A stretch of DNA of 64,000 nucleotides from Macrostomum lignano (lineage: Eukaryota), in NCBI GenBank assembly GCA_002269645.1, contig NIVC01002295.1, positions 124,001-188,000 of the forward strand, written 5' to 3'. This document shows positions 1-11,869 of this stretch, piece by piece. Numbering within the stretch: position 1 is the stretch's first letter; every line of letters starts with the position of its first letter. The position numbers and the translations under genes are program-made. The notes beneath the pieces are model-generated. The model was not told the origin of the DNA and did not search any database. It saw nothing but the letters and a program-made list of their open reading frames with translations.

Positions 1-64
1 AGATCAAAGTGGCATCTCTCAGATCAAAGTGGCTTCTCTCAGATGAACGTGGCATCTTTCATAC

Positions 65-273
65 TGTAGGGTTGCGTTTGGTTTGGGCCGTAGGGGTGGG
101 GGTGCTCTATTAGTATATGTACTTGCATCTCGCTTTCTTCTCTGTACATGCCCACCACCCCAGTTGGGTGAGTCACTTTAATCGATCTATCATCGCTGAC
201 TATTTAATCGCTCGTAAATTATCGTGCATCAAAATATACTGCGTAAACTTACTCTAAATTCTCGGCTCTTACA
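65..273 (+). repeat. 5' LTR (209 bp)
   Basis: Starts TGTAGGG, ends CTTACA, direct repeat of 4879-5087. Contains TGAGTCA (AP-1-like) at 169-175. Confidence 0.96.
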
Positions 274-274
274 T

Positions 275-285
275 TGGTGGCAGCG
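275..285 (+). promoter_or_regulatory. Primer-binding site, probably tRNA-Leu
   Basis: TGGTGGCAGCG one base after the 5' LTR; complementary to the ...CGCTGCCA-CCA 3' end of metazoan tRNA-Leu(AAG/TAG). Confidence 0.75.
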
Positions 286-307
286 AGAACCCAGTGCAAG
301 TGCACTC

Positions 308-1129
308 ATGGCCCAGAACACCCTTCTACCGCCAAAGTTCAGTGGAACAGATGGCACTGACGTGAGAAAGTGGCTGCGCATCTTTGAGGAATTCGCCAAC
401 GATGCGAAATGGGACGACGCGACCTCAGCGTCGAAGGTGAAGCTGCTGCTCACGGGAGAAGCCCAACTTGTCGTCTGGGACCTGGCCGAGACAAGACAAA
501 AGAGTTTTAAAAGTATAAAGGAGGACCTCACAAAGTTTTATGGAGGCGAAGCCCACAGCTTTAAGGCCATGAGCGACTTCTACGCAAGGAAACGTGGAGA
601 TGCCGAGACACTGCGTGAGCTCTGCTTTAACCTGAAGCTGCTACACCAGAAAGCCAGACCGGACGACTCAAGTGCTCAGCGAGACCGAGATGTGCGCTTC
701 AAGCTTCTGCAGCTGCTCAAGGCCGACATTCGTGACAACCTGCTTAAGGCAGAGGACGCAGAGACCTGCAGCCTGGAGACTCTGCTGCAGCGGGCGGCTC
801 GGCTGGAGGAGCTGGCTGGGCGACAGTCGGTGGCGGCAGTCGCAGCCGTCAGCGCTACATCATCGGCAGAACCAAGCGAGGACCGCCTGGACCGACTGGA
901 GAAACGCATGGAGGAGCTCATCGCAAGGGTCAGCGTACAGTCGGGTACCGACACTCGGCGTCGCCGTCAACAGCGAGGAGGCGGCTGCTTCAACTGCGGC
1001 CAGCTCGGACACCGTGCAGCGCAATGTCAGCAGCGAGAGAAACAGCTGGGTCCGATCATCTGCCACAAGTGCTCTGGGCGGGGGCACAAGGCCTCTGTCT
1101 GCCCATCGAAGGCTCCGGGAAACTTTTAA
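308..1129 (+). CDS. gag: Gag with two CCHC zinc knuckles
   Basis: ORF 224-1129; the first ATG downstream of the LTR/PBS is at 308. Knuckles CFNCGQLGHRAAQC and CHKCSGRGHKASVC. Confidence 0.9.
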   Translation: MAQNTLLPPKFSGTDGTDVRKWLRIFEEFANDAKWDDATSASKVKLLLTGEAQLVVWDLAETRQKSFKSIKEDLTKFYGGEAHSFKAMSDFYARKRGDAETLRELCFNLKLLHQKARPDDSSAQRDRDVRFKLLQLLKADIRDNLLKAEDAETCSLETLLQRAARLEELAGRQSVAAVAAVSATSSAEPSEDRLDRLEKRMEELIARVSVQSGTDTRRRRQQRGGGCFNCGQLGHRAAQCQQREKQLGPIICHKCSGRGHKASVCPSKAPGNF

Positions 1130-1165
1130 GGGTTGGTGCAACGGGTGCGGGACCCACACCAACCC
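1117..1165 (+). promoter_or_regulatory. -1 programmed ribosomal frameshift signal (gag to pol)
   Basis: G GGA AAC heptamer at 1117-1123 in gag phase, 6-nt spacer, then stem GGGTTGGTG (1130-1138) / CACCAACCC (1157-1165). The pol ORF is in the -1 frame. Confidence 0.85.
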
Positions 1166-2919
1166 CAAGGAGCAATCCCGTGCTTCATGCTATTTTTATA
1201 CCTGGAGAGGCAAACGGCAAGCGGTGCCGCTGGCTGCTGGACACCGGAGCGCCGACCTCGCTGATCAGCGACGTTGCTTTGAGAGAGCTGGACGGTCGCT
1301 GCGAGCTGAAGCCGGCAGATGTCAGGCCTGTGTCCGTGGACGGCTCCGTTCTCGAGCTGTTAGGAAGCGTGAGCATTACGGTGCGACTCAGTCATCAGCT
1401 GCGCAGACAAATGGACGTGCTGGTGGTCAGAGGGATTCGCCCAAACTTCATCCTGGGGATGGATTTCGTGAGCAAGGCGGCCAGATCGCAGTTCAGCATC
1501 GACCAGGGTGCCAAGACAGTCGCATTCGATGGTGAGGCGGTTCCGTTCAGTGACTGCGATTCCAAGCAAGATGGCCCGCTGTCTTGTTGCTTGGTACCCA
1601 CAGTGATCATCGCCAGAGTTCAGGGCGCCGTCGTGGTACCGCCAAGGTCAGTTAAAGTGGTGGACGTGACGACCGAGACCAAGCAGGCACATGGCATCTT
1701 CGAGCCGTCACAGGAGTTCATCGATAGAATCGGAGTGCTGCCCGGCCGCGTGTTCGCGGTGTCTTCAGAGAGCGGCAAGATTCCGGTTCAGGTGTGCAAC
1801 CTCAGCTGCAGCCCGGTCACGCTGTTCTCCAACCAGAGCATCGGCACCTTCGAGAGCGCGGAGGTTATCAACGAGGACGAGGACGTGCACGAGTGGCGAG
1901 GCCCCGCAGACCAGTTCAACATCAATCCGGAGCTGCCGGAGGAGGACAGCAACCGTTTAGCAATGCTGCTGAGGGCATTTGCCGACGTGGTCTCAGTCCA
2001 TGAGTTCGACGTTGGTACGAGCAGCGCAGCGCAGCACAAGATTGAGCTGGACGACGGCGCTCGCCCGATTCGCCAACGGCCTCGGCGGGTGCCTCACGCC
2101 TTCAGGAGGCAAGTGGACGAGAAGCTGGAGCAGATGCGACAACACGGCGTCATCGAGCCCTCCACCAGCCCGTGGGCGAGCAACCTGATAATCGTCAGAA
2201 AGAAGAATAATGACATCCGAGTCTGTGTAGACTGGCGGGCGCTGAACAACCTCACAGTGAAGGACGCCCACCCGCTGCCGCATTTGCACCAAGCGCTCGA
2301 CTCCTTGGCTGGCTGCTCATGGTTCTCTACGATCGACATGCGCCAAGGCTTCCTTCAGGTGGAGGTCAGAGAGGAGGATCGGCCGTTGACAGCGTTCTAC
2401 ACTCAGAGCGGCCTGATGCAATTCCGCAAAATGGGATTCGGCATGTGCAACGCGCCTGCGACGTACCAGCGAATGATGGAGCTCATCATGACCGGCCTGA
2501 GCTGGGAGGAGGTCATCGCGTACATTGATGACCTGATCATCTTCAACAGGGACTTTGAGAACCACGTTCAGTCACTGTCCAAGGTGCTGCATCGACTGCG
2601 GTCTGCCAAGCTGAAGCTGAACCCAGGCAAGAGCTTCTTTGCCTACCGGAGCGTCACGTACCTGGGTCACCAAGTCTCTGAGAGCGGCATCGCACCTGCC
2701 GCGGAGAAGGTCGAGGCGATCAGGCGGATGCCGGAGCCGCAGTCTGAGGAGGATGTTCGACGCATCATCGGCATGCTCAGCTTCTACCGCAGGTTCGTGC
2801 CCAACTTCTCTGACATTGCCAAACCGCTGCATCACCTGGCTCAGAAAGGCGCGGGCGGCGGCTTCGTGTGGACGTCAGAGCATGCTGCGGTGCTGAACAA
2901 GTTGAAGGACGCGCTGACC
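1117..2919 (+). CDS. pol: Pol part 1: aspartic protease and reverse transcriptase
   Basis: LLDTGAPTSLI (protease), SPWASNLIIVRKK, CVDWRALN, FGMCNAPATYQ, YIDDL, VTYLGH (RT). The frame breaks at about 2918-2920. Confidence 0.93.
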
Positions 2920-4769
2920 AGGCCCCGGTGCTCCAGCTGCCCGACTTCAGCCGGCCTATCGTCATCAGCTGTGACAGCAGTGCTGTGGCCTTGGGTGCGG
3001 TGCTCAGCCAGGAGCGCGACGGCCAGGAGCTGCCAGTGGCCTACGCTTCCCGGACGCTGAGCAAGGCAGAGCGCAACTACAGCACCACGGACCGGGAGCT
3101 GCTCGCGATTGTTTGGAGCCTCAAGCAGTTCCGCATGTACCTGAGCAACAGCTGCAAGATCCAGGTGTTCACCGACCACAAGCCGATCACTGGGCTGCTC
3201 AACGCGAAGGAGCCAACCGGTCGGCTGGCACGTTGGCTACAGCTCATTCAGGAGTTCCCCCTGGAAATCCTGTACCGGCCCGGCAAGGAGAACATCGTGC
3301 CAGACACCCTCAGCCGAGCAGCGGCGGTGCAGTTCCAGATCGCTAATCTGCCTGACGAGCAGGACCAGGACCAGGTTCTGCACGCGGTTCGGCACGCGAT
3401 GCTCCAGCCCAACTTTCAAGTTCCGGCGGCGGTGAGTGCGTCGGTCCAGAAGCTGCTGCCCTGTCTGACGCTGTCACCGGACGGCGCACTGCTCCACAAC
3501 GGGTTGCCGGTGATCCCCCAGCACATGAGAGCGGAGCTGCTGCAACAGGCGCACGACCGGCCGAGCGCGGGTCACCTCGGTCAGCGGCGGGTGCTGCGGG
3601 CTCTGCGCGAGCGTTCCTGGTGGCCGGACATGCGCGAGGACGTGCGGGACTGGGTGCGGAGCTGCCTGGTCTGCCAACGACGCAAGGGAGCGCCAAAGCG
3701 AGCGCGCGCTGAGCTGGTGCGGCAGCCGCTACCGGCCAAGCCGTGGGCTGTCATGCAACTCGACATCAAGGGCCCACTGCCAGTCACTGAGTCTGGCAAG
3801 CGCTACATCATCTGCTTTGTCGACACATTTTCAAAGTGGGTGGAGGCGGCGGCCCTCAGCCAGATCGACGCCAAGACGGTAGCCGAGGCTCTGGTGACCT
3901 GTGTGGTGCTGCGGCACGGAGTTTCGGGGGTCGTGCACTCGGACCAAGGTCGCCAGTTTGAGGCCGAAGTTTTCAAGCAGACCTGCGCGCTGCTCGGAGC
4001 AGAAAAATCGAGGACCTCACCGTTTCACCCCAGCGGCAACGGGAACGTCGAGAGGTTCAATAGGACGCTGGGCAACATGCTCTCCGCATTCTGCTCAGAG
4101 AATCAGGCCAGCTGGGACGCCCTGCTGCCCTATGTCGTGTGGGCCTACAACAGCTCTGAGCACAGCTCCACGGGCGAGTCGCCGTTCAAAGTGCTACGCG
4201 GCATCGAGCCCAGACTGCTGGTCGACTTGGCACTCGGTGGGCAGCGCGACCAGCCGCAGGACTGCGCGGACCTGCAGGCGAGAATCAGGCGCGGCTTTCA
4301 GGTAGTGCGGGCGCACCTGCACACGGCCCAGAAATCGCAGCACGAGTTCTACAACCTAGGGGCAGAGACTACCGACTTCAAGACCGGTGACCGAGTGATA
4401 CTGACGCACCATGCGATGAAGCGCGGCCAGTGCAAGTCGCTGTCGAGCCGGTGGTCCGGCCCGTTCATCGTCCTTAAGAAGGTCAGCCCTGTGAACTACC
4501 GGCTGCAGGCTGTGAACGGCAGGCGCCGCTTGCTGGTCCACCACGACCGCTTGAAGCGCTTTATCGACCGACCGAATCTGAGCGGCAGGCCGCCAGCCAA
4601 GCCGGCCACCGAGGACGACTGTCAGAGCGTCGAGGACGCCGCGGGCCAGCTGGCCGGCCCGGACGCCTGGGAGCCGCTGCGCAACCTGGACGCGGCTGAA
4701 CCCGGCAACACGGTGCGCCGGTCGGGCAGGCAGCGCCGGCGGCCGGATTTTTACACGGCGACCTGTTGA
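2920..4769 (+). CDS. pol: Pol part 2: RT connection, RNase H and integrase
   Basis: APVLQLPDF, CDSSAVALGAVL, ELLAI, TDHKP (RNase H). HHCC finger, QLDIKGP / HSDQGRQF / VERFNRTL (DDE), GPF motif. No chromodomain seen. Confidence 0.93.
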
Positions 4770-4878
4770 CGTGCTTTTTTTCTGATCGGGACTTTTTTCG
4801 CGTTGCATGAACTTTTTTTTGTTTGCTTTTGTTTTATCCCGTTTTTTTATCCCATGTATTTTTCTTGGGGGAGAGTGA

Positions 4879-5087
4879 TGTAGGGTTGCGTTTGGTTTGG
4901 GCCGTAGGGGTGGGGGTGCTCTATTAGTATATGTACTTGCATCTCGCTTTCTTCTCTGTACATGCCCACCACCCCAGTTGGGTGAGTCACTTTAATCGAT
5001 CTATCATCGCTGACTATTTAATCGCTCGTAAATTATCGTGCATCAAAATATACTGCGTAAACTTACTCTAAATTCTCGGCTCTTACA
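4879..5087 (+). repeat. 3' LTR (209 bp)
   Basis: Identical to 65-273; preceded by polypurine tract GGGGGAGAG at 4867-4875. Confidence 0.96.
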
Positions 5088-5320
5088 ATACCAAAGTGGC
5101 GTCTCTCAGATCAAAGTGGCACCCCTTAGATCAAATGCGTTCCATCGTGTGTGTAAACTGACATTAATTATGAGGAATTCTTCAAATATTTAATATTTAA
5201 AAAATTCAAAGTCGAAATAGCATCGTTAAAGATTACATAAAACTGCTGTGTATCAGGTCCAGGACGAAGTTCTGACGAGACTTTCAATGTTAATTTTTCA
5301 CCCCTGACAAACCACTGCAG

Positions 5321-8300
5321 TGGCTGAGTCCCTGTCAGGCTCAGCCAGTGCCGACTATCTGATGCAGCGGCTCCGGCTCAATCACCAACTCGGCAGAGAG
5401 TTCGCTGATGCGGCCGCCGCAGCCACGGTGAACGATCTGGCCTCGGCGACTGAGGCGGAGCTACAAATGGTGAGTCTAACAAAAATTTTATTCTTTTTTT
5501 CGTGTTCGTCTACTTTCAGTAGTTTTCAGGAGCCCACGTAGATTTTTAAAGGGGATTTTTCTTTCTTTCAGTTTTTTTCTTTTGATTTTTTATTTCCAAA
5601 AGGGATCTTTTTTGTAATCGCCTACTTTCAGTAGTTTTTATAGCTGTTTAAGGACTACTTAAGGATCATGCCTTCTTTGAACGGTTGAGTGCGGGAGGCT
5701 GGTGTTTTTTAGTAACTTGTCAATAATTTTATTTCTCCTCAAAGATAAATTAGAATTGACCGAAGCTAATAAAAACATTCAAATGCGTCATACTCTTCGC
5801 TCCAACCAAACCAGCGATTCGGCTTGCATAAACTCGGTCACCGGCGGCGCGTTTTCTGTTGCCTTGACAACGCACAAGCGTTGGGACGCCTTCGGCGACC
5901 TCATCATAATCATCATCAGCATCAGCAGCAGCAGCAGCAGCAGCAGCCAATGATGCAGCAGAACGGAGTTCAGCACGGGCGTCAGAGCTCAAACCTATCA
6001 GCCAGATCTGCCGCTTCATCTGCAACCGCCGCTGCCGCACTTCAAACCTCCCCATCCTCCTCCTGCCCCTCCTGTTCCTCCTCTGACGACGGCGATCATT
6101 CATCATCGCTGCTCGCGGCCGCTTCGGCGGGCATCGCGAACCGGCGACAGGGTCTTCGAGCAGCGGCGGGGGCGGCGGTGAAGAACAGCAAAGCGACGGC
6201 GCTGACGGAGGTGCTGCCGCGGCGAGAGCTGCCGGCTTTCCCGGCTGGCGGCTGCAGCCGGTCGTGGATGGCAGACGGCGCCGCTGGCGGAGAGGTCGGC
6301 GGCCGCCGGGAGCTGTCAGGAGCCGTGGGAGGCGGCAGCTTCGATGACGCGGTGCTGGTGCGATCGCGGTCGATCGACTGTCTGGACGGCGACGCTGCCA
6401 GCCTGCAGAGGCGGCGGTTGGCGTCGGCGGCCTCGGCGGCATTCCGGCCGCTGGTCAGCGAGTCCTGGCCGCACCATCCCGACGTGCTGCTCCGGGACAG
6501 CTTTTCCTACTCGGTGTCCGTGAGTTCCCCGGGGCCTTGACGGGTTTCGTTTGTTGGGCCATATACTACTGCTTGAGTAGCCAGTCGAAGTCTTGTAGCT
6601 AGCATGAAAATTATTTCACTTGTCATTTTAATTTACTAGCAGTAGTAATATAAGCAAGTTACAAGTGAAAAAATTAAATGATTTTCATTGAATTCAAGTT
6701 TTTGATTGATTTATTAAAAAAGATTTTTATCAGAATTTCTACTTCTAAAGGTATGATACCATGAGGCTCGATATTAAAAATGTTAATACACTGCCTACGC
6801 TACTGCATGTAAAAGTGACTTAAGAGAGAGTTGGTAGAATGGCGCCGAATCTCAGAGATTGGTGGTAGAATGGCGCCAACTCTCAAAGATTGGTGGTAGA
6901 ATGGCGCCAACTCTCAAAGATTGGTGGTAGAATGGCGCCAACTCTCAAAGATTGGTGGTAGAATGGCGCCAACTCTCAAAGATTGGTGGTAGAATGGCGC
7001 CAACTATCAAAGATTGGTGATAGAATGCCGCCAACTCTCAAAGACTGGTGGTAGAATGGCGCCAACTCTCAAAGACTGGTGGTAGAATGGCGCCAACTCT
7101 CAAAGATTGATGGTAGAATGGCGCCAACTCTCAAAGATTGATGGTAGAATGGCGCCAACTCTCAAAGATTGGTGGTAGAATGGCGCCAACTATCAAAGAT
7201 TGGTGATAGAATGCCGCCAACTCTCAAAGACTGGTGGTAGAATGGCGCCAACTCTCAAAGACTGGTGGTAGAATGGCGCCAACTCTCAAAGATTGATGGT
7301 AGAATGGCGCCAACTCTCAAAGATTGATGGTAGAATGCCGCCAACTCTCAGAGACTGGTGGTAGAATGGCGCCGACTCTCAGAGATTGATGGTAGAATGG
7401 CGCCAACTCTCAAAGATTGATGGTAGAATGCCGCCAACTCTCAAAACTTAGTAATTAGCTCAGGCGAGCCTGCATACGAGTATCGTAACTAGTAATTATC
7501 GTAATTATAGTAACTAACTATAGTAACTATCGTAACTATCGTAACGAGTATCGTAACTACTCGTAGAATTCGGAAGACCGGACGACAATATATTGATTCA
7601 TTATCTCCGAATTCCAGTATCTGGGTTTTCGCCCACTGACAGACCATACGGACCCGACAGAGACCGCCCAGGTCATGCAGATGTTCCGCTGCAAGAGTGC
7701 CGACATTCTCAAGCTGCCCAGGATTCGTCTGACAGTGTGCTACAGAGGCGTGAAGTTCATCAATCCCGATAATGACGTGAGCTGCTGCGGAACCGATCTG
7801 TGTTTTTTAACTTGGCATTTCAGTTTTATTGGATGGATTGGAGAATATTACAATTTTGAGAGTTTTAAACAGTAAAACAGTGTTAGGTAAAACTACCAAG
7901 CGGAAATTACCAAGAGGAAACTACCAGGAGGAAACTACTAAGGGACGGGAGCTAGAAGGGGGAACTACCAAGAGAGCTAGTAGGGGGAAACTACAATAGT
8001 AAGGAGGAAGTACCAAATAGAAACTACCAGGAGGAAACTACCAAGGGAGCTAGTAAGGGGAAACTACCAAGGGAGCTAGTAAGGGGAAACTACCAAGGGA
8101 GCTAGTAAGGGGAAATTACCAAGGGAGCTAGTAGGGGCAACTGCCAGAGGGAAGCTACAAATTAGGGAAACCAGGCATATTCAAGAAGCGAACCGCGCAC
8201 TCTATTGCAGATGGTGATCACGGAGCACCGGATAACGGAGATCTACTTCGCCTGTCAGGACAACACTCGGCGAGCCAATTTTGCTTACGTTACTAAGGAC

Positions 8301-8819
8301 AGCGTGAACGGCGTGCACTATTGCCACTGCTTCGCCTCCCACTCACCTGTGAGTCTAACTGTGGCCCAGTATGGCAGTGGTGCTCACTTCCCACTGAGTC
8401 TCATCCTAAAATTTGTCCCACAGAGATCTCATGCCTAAGAAAACTGTCCCACAGGGATCTCATGCCTGATAAAACTGTCCCACAGGGATCTCATGCCTGA
8501 GAAAACTGTCCTACAGAAATCTCATGCCTGAGAAAACTGTCCTACAGAGATCTTATGCCTGAGAAAATTGTCCCACAGAGATCTCATCCTTGAGAAAACT
8601 GTCCCAGAGAGATCTCATGCCTGAGAAAATTGTCCCACAGAGATCTCATCCTTAAGAACAAATCGTAACAACCCACAGGAGACGGCAGTGCTCATCATCC
8701 AGACCCTGTCCGAGGCGTGCGGCCTCGCCAATCAGCTGATCGAATTCAACCAGCTGCGCCGTCAGCTGCAGCCAGACGCCCGCAGACGATCGAGTCGGAA
8801 GCGGAACAAACAGACTTGA
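5321..8819 (+). CDS. ANKS1: ANKS1/AIDA-like SAM + PTB domain adaptor, 3' exons
   Basis: Predicted exons 5321-5469, 5815-6519, 7618-7776, 8211-8348, 8679-8819 with GT-AG sites in consistent phase. SAM motif KLGHRRRV. PTB: WPHHPDVL...YLG...YRGVKFI...FAYVTKD...HYCHCF...IIQTLSEA. Upstream exons lie outside the window. Confidence 0.8.
6830..7445. repeat. 31-bp intronic minisatellite
   Basis: Unit GGTGGTAGAATGGCGCCAACTCTCAAAGATT, about 20 copies. Confidence 0.95.
7880..8160. repeat. Degenerate ~26-bp intronic minisatellite
   Basis: GGGGAAACTACCAAGGGAGCTAGTAA-like units. Confidence 0.8.
8415..8655. repeat. 31-bp intronic minisatellite
   Basis: Unit GATCTCATGCCTGAGAAAACTGTCCCACAGA. Confidence 0.9.
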
Positions 8820-8911
8820 TAAATTCGAAGATCAAAAATTTGATTCTGCCACTAAATAATCGTAGCTATAGAACAAGCATGACAACAGGAGGCTTCCAAG
8901 GATTTCTTCGA

Positions 8912-9070
8912 ATCGTGTGAATTGAAGGCCGATCAGCAACTCAAAATCGTGTGAATTGAAGGCCGATCAGCAACTCAAAATCGTGTGAATTAAAGGCCGA
9001 TCAGCAACTCAAAATCGTGTGAATTGAAGGCCGATCAGCAACTTAAACTCGTGTGAATTGAAGGCCGATT
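8912..9070. repeat. 34-bp tandem repeat in the likely 3' UTR
   Basis: Unit TCGTGTGAATTGAAGGCCGATCAGCAACTCAAAA, about 4.5 copies. Confidence 0.9.
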
Positions 9071-9653
9071 CAACCTACGCTGCTTTTCAATATTCGTTGA
9101 TGAGAAACGACCTCAGAAAAACTACAGTTGCTACATTTGACCCGACGTAGTCTCTATTGTCCATTATCTTTCATGTAATCATTTTATTGATAAATAATCG
9201 CTATGCATTCATTATCAGTAAATTAATATAAAAGACAAGACACTCGGGAGTTTTAATTCGATTTGCTCGCCAGCACAGTATTATAATATATGCATATATT
9301 GCTCATAATAGTAGCATGAGTTAAACAGTGCATTAATTAGATCATACTATTATAACAAATCAAAAAGCAGGAAACAAACCAAGTCTGTGGTCTAAATTTA
9401 TAACAAATCTATTGTGCAGAGAGGAATCATTAGCAATGTATTCTTGGATGCATTGAATTTACCATCATAATAATAATAAATTAACTATTATTATAGATAT
9501 AGTGACAACAAAAATAAGCACAATACTAGCTAGATTATATATAATGTCAGAAAATTCAATTTAAAATCAGCCTCATCTACCTACTGCTAGTAGCGTCTGC
9601 TGAATATACAAACATGAACTAAAATAGTTGAATCAAAAACTTCTTAAAAATGT

Positions 9654-10536
9654 TTATCGGAAATTCTCGCCCGAGAACACGCCCTTGGCGCGGCGGAACA
9701 CGCTGTCCTTGCTGGCATCGTAGGGATGCTCCTTCGAGGGGATCTCCAAAACCGACGGCAGAGGCGCCGTGTGCTGATCGATCACGGGACGGATCATCTC
9801 GGCAATGTGCTGCACTACAAGAATGATTGACACGTCGTCTCGGGCTACCAAGCGTTTGAAGGCCTCCTCGATATCGTGCACTCTGAGTAGCGGGTGAGGG
9901 CGACCAATATTTATCTTTAGTTTATCGGCTTATAAGTCAGCAGGTTCTTGACAGGTTTAGGAGTAACTCTTGGGGTTTAGGGGCGATTCTTAGGGTGAGG
10001 GGCGATTCTTAAAGTTTAGAGGCGATTCTTTGGGTTTAGGGGCAATTCTTAGGGTTTAGGAGCGATTCTTAGGGTTTAGGGGCGATTCTTAGGGTTTAGG
10101 AGCGATTCTTAGGGTTTAGGGGCGATTCTTAGGGTTTAGGGGCGATTCTTAGGGTTTAGGGGCGATTCTTAGGGTTTAGGGGCGATTCTTAGGGTTTAGG
10201 GGCGATTCTTAATGTAGGTTTAGGGGCGATTCTTAGGGTTTTTTGGGCGATTCTTAATGTAGGTTTAGGGGCGATTCCTAAGGTAGGTTTAGGGGCGATT
10301 TCTATAATAGCTAAGATCTTTTGGTAGGGCTTAGGGGCAGTTCCTGAACACAAAAGCACACACATTAAGTGAGTGGCCAGCCCACACCCCGCTCACTTGG
10401 TGTTGTTATCCACAACAAAAAAATTGTTGCCCTTCCGCTTATCCGACTCGCCAATGCCGCCGAGCAGGAATCCGGTGATTGTGTCCTCGTCTCCGATGAT
10501 GGCCATCAGTTTACCTCTGGCGGCTGCTAGCGACAT
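9654..10536 (-). CDS. ATP6V1F: V-type proton ATPase subunit F
   Basis: Exons 10536-10397 ([30 protein letters not shown]...) and 9882-9654 (...EEAFKRL...QHIAEMIR...[17 protein letters not shown]); 122 aa. Confidence 0.95.
9970..10340. repeat. 20-bp G-rich intronic minisatellite containing TTAGGG
   Basis: Unit GGGGCGATTCTTAGGGTTTA. Confidence 0.92.
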
Positions 10537-10614
10537 GACTGAGTGAGTGGGAGAATCACTGCTGCAATGCGGGTGGGAGATCGTGTGATGCGCTGCGAGC
10601 GTAGGCCAGCCGTT

Positions 10615-11010
10615 GAGTCTAAGCGAATCTCAGTGTGGTTTAGGCGAATCTCTGGGTAATTTAGGCGAATCTCAGGTTGGTTTAGGCGAATCTCAGTTTG
10701 GCATGGGCGAAGCTCAGTGTGGCATGGGCGAAGCTCAGTGTGGCATGGGCGAATCTCAGGGTGGTTTAGGCGAATCTTAGTGTGGTTTAAGCGAATCTCA
10801 GGGTGGATTAGGCGATTCTCATGGTGGTATGGGCGAATCTCAGGGCGGTTTAGGCGAATCTCAGTGTAATTTAGGCGAATCTCAGTGTAGTTTAGGCAAA
10901 TCTCAGGGTGGTTTAGGCGAATCTCAAGGCGGTTTAGGCGAATCTCAGGGCAGTTTAGGCGAATCTCAGGGGGGTTTAGGCGAATCTCAGGGGGGTTTAG
11001 GGGAATCTCA
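10615..11010. repeat. 21-bp minisatellite just upstream of ATP6V1F
   Basis: Unit GGCGAATCTCAGGGTGGTTTA. Confidence 0.92.
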
Positions 11011-11869
11011 GGGCAGATCTCTCGTAGTTTAAATAATTTTTAAAAAGCCTAACAAAACTTACAAATAATCAAAATTCTCTTCTATCGCTTGCGTGCCATT
11101 TTGACATCAAACTTATTAAATAACAATTCTCAAAAAGCAAAGATAGATCCACATAGATGTGCAGAATAGAATAACAAGCATAGTAATATTAATTCGTTGC
11201 AAAGCAATTAGAGCTAAGCTTTTATTATTGCGTACTACGGCTCGTAACTACTGTTCATAAGTAGCGTCTTGTCAGTAAACTATTTAATTTGATGTACAGA
11301 TAGTAGCACTTTGGGCAAAAAGTTACACAAAAAAACCGGAATGCAAAAAGTAAAGACATGAATGATACCTGGGTATTATAGCATAAAATACGCTGTGTTG
11401 TGAACAAAAGTACTCTAAAGATATTAATGTTTTCTAATTCTAAAGATACTGTCATTATGGGACAAAGTAACGGGAACTCAGAAATTAAGAAAATAAAAAA
11501 TATAAATAGCTTTAAAAACGCGGATTTAAATACTGCAACTCAATGCTAAAACACATTCGCTGCTCTCACTACTCAATAAGATATGAAGCGGAGATGATGG
11601 GATTTTTTGAAAGACAACATAACTTAATTAAGGCATGAGCGCCAGGTGCAAATAAATATGTTTTTACGCTTAGAAATACTTTTTTTAACTGAGTGCTTTA
11701 AATGGGCACTAGCTATTGGAGCTGTACAAAAACTTGCCGATATGTAGCGCAAATAATATAATAGTGCAGAAATTTCATCGCATAGACTATACATTAAGCG
11801 TGTGTAAGGCTTTAAATCAAATTGGCAAGCATGTGCTGCAAAACTGCTATTCAGGGAAAGTGATAGGGC

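Larger units (their letters stand above)
65..5087 (+). mobile_element. Full-length Ty3/Gypsy LTR retrotransposon
   Basis: TG...CA LTRs at 65-273 and 4879-5087 (209 bp each, identical by eye). 4-bp TSD ATAC at 61-64 and 5088-5091. PBS at 275-285, PPT at 4867-4875. Domain order gag, PR, RT, RH, IN. Confidence 0.97.
1..5135. repeat. 20-bp minisatellite (AGATCAAAGTGGCATCTCTC) interrupted by the LTR element
   Basis: Units at 1-64 resume at 5088-5135; removing the element restores a variant unit (ATACCAAAGTGGC). Confidence 0.8.

Noticed and set aside
224-307. N-terminal extension of the gag ORF given in the track
   Set aside because: It begins at a non-ATG codon inside the LTR and runs through the PBS; the first ATG after the PBS is at 308.
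5257-5320. Possible extra mini-exon and 32-nt intron before 5321
   Set aside because: No phase gives an open join to the next exon.
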